Assembly: GCA_964016885.1 (NCBI GenBank)
Contig: OZ024740.1
Span: forward strand, 224,192,001-224,256,000
Length of the DNA: 64,000 bases
DNA from: Eledone cirrhosa
Lineage: Eukaryota
Reading direction: 5' to 3'
In this document: positions 56,916 through 64,000 of the stretch, piece after piece
How positions within the stretch are numbered: position 1 is the stretch's first letter
Layout: each line of letters opens with the position of its first letter
The notes under the pieces: generated by a model
Databases searched by the model: none
What the model saw: only the letters and a program-made list of their open reading frames with translations
What the model was told of the DNA's origin: nothing
Position numbers and translations under genes: made by a program

Positions 56916-57819
56916 ACACATGTTGAAAACATCCATTGAAATAGGACACAAGGTAAGGTAGCCACATACATAGTCATCCAGGCAATACAAGATGTTTCTC
57001 ATTGTTAGAAGCCCTGATAAAATGAACAAGATGAAGGTTGGTGCCCTTCTGTCCCTGTTAACAAAACGTATGAGTGAGAAACCAGTGTGGAAACCCCAAC
57101 ACTGTCACTCAGCCAGCTAAAAAGAAATACAACTAAATTTCCCTCATTTTAAACATAACTGTCTACACACTGGCTAATGTATATATACTCTATCTGCTCA
57201 TCAACCAAAAGGACAAGATGGTTACAACTGGAACTTGCTTGATCATAGCAGTTTTCAGTCAGTATTAGCTTCAAACTAAACAGCAACAACTGCATATTTG
57301 ATTCTGCAGATATAACCAACTATAAATATTGCCATATGCATTTGTTATCATGTGATTTTTGTCAATAAGTGTTCTGTAATGCCATAGAAGAAATTGTTAA
57401 GTCAAAATTAATTTCTATCAAATTAATACAACAAACTTTGTAAGACACTTTCGTTGCTAAAGCAGGGTTAGATGTGTAGGTCTATAAAAAGCTTCATACA
57501 CATCATGCGGAAATTTTCAATACAATGTTTTATCTATGTCTTTCCTGATGCTAACTCTTTTAATTGCCACTAATAACACATAGAAATATGGTGTATCTAT
57601 GTGAAACCGGTTATGACCAGATGATCTGATATTAAACAAGAACATCCTATATGATTATGTACATATACATACCCATAAATAATTATATACTTTTTTCTTG
57701 TATGGGATTTATTTCAATAACTCTTCTATAATGCCGTGAGAGGAAATATTGTTTAAACAGCTAGACTAAAAATTTGCATGAACTGCTAGACTAAATCGCT
57801 CTTTTATTAAACATAACTG

Positions 57820-58222
57820 TTTACACATTTAATGATGTAGTCCTAGATAATGAATGTCCACCCACGCCTGCAAAACAAGATAGTTAACACAGCTGAAACT
57901 TGTTTGTCTATAAATATTCTCAATGAGTGTTGACTTATGATTAAGCAACAAAAATGACATATGTGATTCTATATCTAGACTTACCTGTAAATAATGACTG
58001 AGAGCATTCAAGAGGATGTGTTCTAGAAGAGTACTGTGAGCAGCTCTGAGACAAGGGAACAAAAGTGTGTGATAAATAAGAAGATGGGAATTGTGATATT
58101 TTGGCTGTTATAAGGACTTCATCACAAGTGGGTTGATAGCTTGTGAGTGAAATAAATAAACATAGAACGACAACATCAAAGACTAGACAGAGCAGCACTC
58201 GCAGAGTATACAGCTGCAACAT
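57820..58222 (-). other. Candidate spliced exon pair (unique sequence) around a 117 bp intron at 57868-57984
   Basis: Consensus donor ACAG|GTAAGT at 57985/57984 and acceptor tcttgttttgcag| at 57868; another acceptor ttttgttcccttgtctcag| lies 61 nt upstream of the donor. No recognisable protein. Confidence 0.3.
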
Positions 58223-58850
58223 GAGTTTGCAATATATACCAAAGAGTAATGGTTGTACCTGAGCCCCCCCCCCCGACCCTCAACCATAAAGATAGGATTT
58301 ATTTATCCATTCAAATAACGATATATACTTTTGTTATCATGTGTGAGATTTATGTCAATAATTGTTCCATAATGTCATGAAAGAAAATGTTGAGTCAAAA
58401 GTAATTTCTATCAAATGAATATGAATAGGAAAAGAAAACTAAAACAATTACGATGGGAATATAAATCACTAGAAGTGTTCAATAAGTGTGAAATGAAGAA
58501 TAACATTTACAGGGGGATCAAATTTGACATAAGTACAAAAACATTACAATCAAATAATATTGGTTTGAATTATTGGCATCAGTGTGTAGGATTAAATTAT
58601 ATTTCCTCTCAAATCTACTGATGGAATATTTATTTTGTTCCATCAACTCATCATTATTAAAGGTCAGATCATTTCTTCACTTTTATCTTCTATAAGAGTA
58701 GAAAGAAAAGTTATAAATGATTGCTAGTCCATACCAATTTGTTTCTATTAGTAAATTTTATGTGATGATAATTGTAAACAATGCTTGTCTACCTGAAAGT
58801 AATATTTAGATTGTGTTTATCATATATTATATAATACATATATATATGTA

Positions 58851-58893
<43 letters not shown>

Positions 58894-58899
58894 ATATAT

Positions 58900-59040
58900 A
58901 ACGGAAGAAATGTGGTAAGGAACTAGGTGGACCATAACGCACCGAAGTACTCAATACTTAGGGTAGTAGAGTGGGTAATAGGAACGAGTAGGACCCCGAC
59001 GGCTGAGCTCAAGCCGTTTCGACGGCTAATTCTGGACTAA
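58900..59040 (-). repeat. 3'-terminal fragment of a hammerhead family (3' half of the ribozyme)
   Basis: Minus strand tagccgtc-GAAA-cggcttgagctcagccg-TC-ggggt; similar to 60131-60270. Confidence 0.8.
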
Positions 59041-59053
59041 TATATATATATAT

Positions 59054-60120
59054 ATACTATTAATAATGAGTTCAAATCTCAGGTAGTCCTTTACAATGAA
59101 ATAGCTCAAAGAAAGAAGTATTTCTGAGCCGTGTAATACAAGTTAATATAAATTAATATATTTGATAAACACAAATACCAACATATCTATGTTTGTATTG
59201 TAAATGACTAAGTTAGCTAGATTGAAAAATACTAATTATAATAATACAATTTGCCAGTCTCGATTTAAAATAATTAATCAATAAAAACAAAGTATATTGG
59301 CAAATGGCCGTGGTGCTTGGACAAATTTAAATTTCAAAATCAAACCTGTTCCGTAGACTGGCTTAAACCTTAAAATCCAAATAAGTTTCGAAAAATGAAA
59401 GTGAAAGAATACCGCATTTCTATCTCCTCAGCAAGCACCAGAAAAATTGGTATGTTTCCCTTCAAAATATTTAAAAAGACTGTTTAGCGCACATGGTATT
59501 TCACACATGGTTATCCAGTGTCTAGCTACCGCATACTCGTGCTGCTAGAAATAACAGCCGTATATGGAGTTAAATTTAGCTCTACGTAAGGAGCAGTGAT
59601 ACTATTAATAATGAGTTCAAATCTCAGGTAGTCCTTTACAATGAAATAGCTCAAAGAAAGAAGTATTTCTGAGCCGTGTAATACAAGTTAATATAAATTA
59701 ATATATTTGATAAACACAAATACCAACATATCTATGTTTGTATTGTAAATGACTAAATAGCTATTTCATTGTAAAGGACTACCTGAGATTTGAACTCATT
59801 ATTATCTATGTTTGTATTGTAAATGACTAAATAGCTATTTCATTGTAAAGGACTACCTGAGATTTGAACTCATTATTATCTATGTTTGTATTGTAAATGA
59901 CTAAATAGCTATTTCATTTTGAAATTTAAATTTGTCCAAGCACCACGGCCATTTGCCAATATACTTTGTTTTTATTGATTTATTATTTTAAATCGAGACA
60001 GGCAAACTGTATTATAATAATTAGTATTTTTCAATCTAGCTAACTTAATCATTTACAATACAAACATAGATATGTTGGTATTTGTGTTTATCAAATATAT
60101 TAATATATATTAACTTGTAT
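59054..60120 (-). mobile_element. Non-coding hammerhead element: 545 bp unit, partial tandem copy, 74 bp mixed-orientation repeats and inverted tail
   Basis: 59056-59211 recurs at 59601-59756; 74 bp units start at 59757, 59831 and 59905; 59917-60120 is the reverse complement of 59137-59340. Confidence 0.88.
59361..59436 (-). ncRNA. Type I hammerhead ribozyme
   Basis: gcttg-CTGAGGA-gatagaaatg..catttttc-GAAA-cttatttggattttaagg-TT-taagc. Confidence 0.72.
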
Positions 60121-60223
60121 ATATATATATAACGAAGGAAATGTGGTAAGGAACCAGATGGACCATAACGGACCAAAGTACTCAATATTTAGGGTAGTAG
60201 AGTAGGTAATAGGAACATGTATG

Positions 60224-60319
60224 ACCCCGACGGCAGAGCTCAAGCCGTTTAGACGGCTAATTCTGGATTAAATAAGACTTTTTAGTCTGGTAAATAAATA
60301 GCCGAACTTCTCAGGGGGT
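60224..60319 (-). ncRNA. Decayed type I hammerhead in a 60131-~61000 repeat
   Basis: acccc-CTGAGAA-gttcggcta..tagccgtc-TAAA-cggcttgagctctgccg-TC-ggggt. Stems are intact with two core changes; GAAA is intact in the 23.1 and 59.0 kb copies. Confidence 0.68.
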
Positions 60320-61014
60320 AATTTCATATATGGAAAGATAGTAATTGTCAAAAGGATTGGTCAACAATTTGTTGTAAAGACAGATGATTCTATCATGGCA
60401 TTTAGTGGAAGGTAGGGGTAGCTAAACTTGCCGGTAGAACAAAGAGGGAGTGGGCGAAACCCAGTCAAGCGTTGAAAGTGAAATCTATACAGCAGATTCT
60501 AAGGATAGTGTATAGAAGGTCAAAAAAAGTGTACTGGAGAATGTGAGGGGAGGGGCTGAAAGAATAGGTAAATTGAAAGGGAGTAAACAAAAAAGCTATT
60601 ATAAAAATGAGGAAATAAATATATAAAAAACAAATATATAAAAACATTATTTCTGGTTACTACTCCATCCCCACAATCACCAAATCTCTCATTGGTATTG
60701 CTAAGCTATAGAAAAGTTTAATAGGTGGAGAAAAATGCTAAATACGGGATTGTAGTGAAATAATTTTATAAAGCCATCTTTACAGGGGGTCTAACACCAC
60801 TGCAATAGTTAGTAGTAATCAGCCAATGCTATCTTACAATGACAGGTTAATACGTTGAGGACAAACATACTAAAAAAACTAATACGAAAGATTAATTCAG
60901 AATACTAATAGATAAATACTAATACAAGAATACTAATGCAAAAATACCACTAAGAAATTTAGAAATCACGGAAATGGAGCAGCAGCCAGAAAGAAAGCAA
61001 TTATTTGTATGTTA

Positions 61015-61987
<973 letters not shown>

Positions 61988-62008
61988 GTAATATATATAT
62001 ATATAGTA

Positions 62009-62193
62009 ATAATTGTTTCTACGTTTGGCACGAGGCCAGCAATCACCCAGTGCATTACTGGTACTTTATTTTATCTACCCCGTAAGGATGATAGGCACAG
62101 TTAACCTTGGCGGGATTTGAACTCAGACCGTAAAGGGACGTAACTATGCTGGAAAGCATGGCGTCCGACGTTCTACTGATACTGCCAATCCAA
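62009..62193 (-). mobile_element. tRNA-derived SINE (~185 bp family)
   Basis: Reverse complement of the 11619 family with A and B boxes. Confidence 0.9.
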
Positions 62194-62341
62194 ATGTGAT
62201 GACTAAAATCCAAAGAGGGCTTGATAAGGATAAATATATATCAACTATACATAAACCGTAGAGCAAATATTTATTAAAATAACAGATCCCGTTAAAGGTG
62301 AAAGCAGCGATTCTTTGCTTAAACTTTAATCTGTTATTTTA

Positions 62342-62453
<112 letters not shown>

Positions 62454-62680
62454 CCCTATATGCATTTTGTATGTAGGAAAACATACTTTATTATTATTAA
62501 TCCCCCCTGGTCCAGATAACATTCTGGTTGTTTGAACTGCTGCTATTTCTAGTGCCAGTACATTGACCTTTCTGCCCTTGCCATCTTTACACATGGCACT
62601 AGACAAAATTGTTTCTTCATCATACACTCATCCGGGAACAGATTCGAACTCGGGAATTTTATATTCTCCTAGTAAGAAGA

Positions 62681-62764
62681 ACCCTCTGACGAAAGTCTTC
62701 TTCTCAATGGTTTTCCGCATGGATTATCCATTTATTTTGAGACTTGAAACCGCGCGGTATGGGT
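62681..62764 (+). ncRNA. Type I hammerhead ribozyme
   Basis: accct-CTGACGA-aagtct..agactt-GAAA-ccgcgcgg-TA-tgggt. Core intact, 6 bp stem II, palindromic stem III accgcgcggt, stem I accc/gggt. Confidence 0.82.
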
Positions 62765-63090
62765 AATTATAGCAGGTGTAGTTAACCTTTTAAAATTTAT
62801 TTTAAAACTTTTTCTCATTTACTAAACCTTGATTATATATATATATATAGGGACAATTAAATATCTCCCAAGGTAACTCTATCTCGTGTTATTATTTTTT
62901 TATTTTTTACGCTCATTCCTACGTTCCTCTACACACTATACATCTCATATTACATTTCCTCTTACATCTCTCCGGATTCTGTTACCCGGAGATTTACCCA
63001 TCTGCATTGTTGAGGCTTCCAAAACTACCAAATATTTTATTATTCCACAATGCTTCAAGCAAACTTCAATACTCTCTTATATAGATACGT

Positions 63091-63149
63091 ATTTTCCGAA
63101 GAGGTTGTTTTGGTAAAAACAGGAGCAAGCAAGAAAGAGCTCTCAACAT
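63091..63149 (+). ncRNA. Probable decayed hammerhead (U4 changed to C)
   Basis: atttt-CCGAAGA-ggttgttt..aagcaa-GAAA-gagctc-TC-aacat, inside a (TA)n-flanked insert 62850-63412. Confidence 0.5.
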
Positions 63150-63411
63150 TCGTAGTTTGTAGTTATTATGGAGATTCAGTATAATAATAATTAATAATAT
63201 TAATAAATAAAGATATGTCTGCTGGATGCAAGAGCAGACGGATGTGTGTCTTTTTTCCTGCCTGCAGTATATCACGGAATCGAATTTCATTTGAGGATAC
63301 CATTCTCATAACAACAACAAATGCATGAATTACATCTTGATTTCATAGGAGAACCTTTGAAATAATTATAAGGAATAAACGATTTTTGTAACATCAGCAC
63401 ATTTATTAATG

Positions 63412-63495
<84 letters not shown>

Positions 63496-63589
63496 TGAGG
63501 CTAGCTTTGCCTTTCATCCTTATGGAGTAGATAAAATAAAGTACCTGTTATGCACTTGGGTAATTGCTGTCCTTATGCGAAAAGTAGAA

Positions 63590-63830
63590 ACAAAAATAAC
63601 AGCGGTAAGGTCGAGAACGACAATAACAATGACAATAACAACAGCCACAACAACAATAATAGTAGGAACAGTATTAACAAAATTAACAAAAATAACAACA
63701 GCCACAATAACAGTAACAGCAGCAACAGTATCAACGAAAACAACAACAATGACAACAATAACAGCAACAACAGTACCAACGAAAACATCAACAACGACAA
63801 CAATACCAGTAACAGCGATCTCAGCAGCAC
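63590..63830. repeat. Degenerate (AAC)n low-complexity tract after a SINE 3' half (63506-63595)
   Basis: Repeated aac/aat/agc triplets account for the three overlapping low-complexity ORFs. Confidence 0.75.
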
Positions 63831-64000
63831 CAGCAAGACGAGTAGCGGCAGCCATAGTGGTGCTGCTGAAAAAGGAGCCACTTCTTTTGCAGGTGTCCCC
63901 CGAAATATCAAAGCTGCTAGTCACAGAGGAGGAGATGGCAGTCGCAGGGGACATGGTGACAAGAAATGCCAATAGAGTTTCCCTGAAACCTCCACCCGAA

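Noticed and set aside
59757-59920. Regularly spaced repeats as a CRISPR-like array
   Set aside because: The units are wholly identical with no unique spacers, derive from the adjacent element, and the context is eukaryotic.
63520-63975. Asn-rich, Leu-rich and Val-rich overlapping ORFs
   Set aside because: They arise from a degenerate AAC repeat and start inside a SINE fragment.

Overview
AT-rich eukaryotic DNA that is mostly non-coding and full of (TA)n, (CA)n and (CAT)n microsatellites. Its repeats (RTE LINEs with TGA-repeat tails, ~185 bp tRNA-derived SINEs, Penelope-like elements) look like an octopus/cephalopod genome; that is an inference. No host protein gene is recognisable. The window holds four Penelope-like retroelement (PLE) remnants with GIY-YIG endonuclease (three Naiad-like, one Neptune-like with an uninterrupted ~380-codon frame), many RTE LINE fragments (one with a PHD finger inside ORF2), a decayed rosa/DD41D-like Tc1/mariner element, a complete non-autonomous Helitron, TTAA MITEs, SINEs and a tRNA-like sequence. 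The main finding is not in the ORF track. About ten unrelated sequence families here carry type I hammerhead ribozyme (HHR) motifs, nearly all next to (TA)n tracts and often arranged as tandem plus inverted copies. They include 523-545 bp non-coding tandem units, one family showing base-pair covariation (retrozyme-like, predicted to give circular RNA), and a U3:A8 core variant inside a ~300 bp palindrome. All structures were folded by eye and none were tested.
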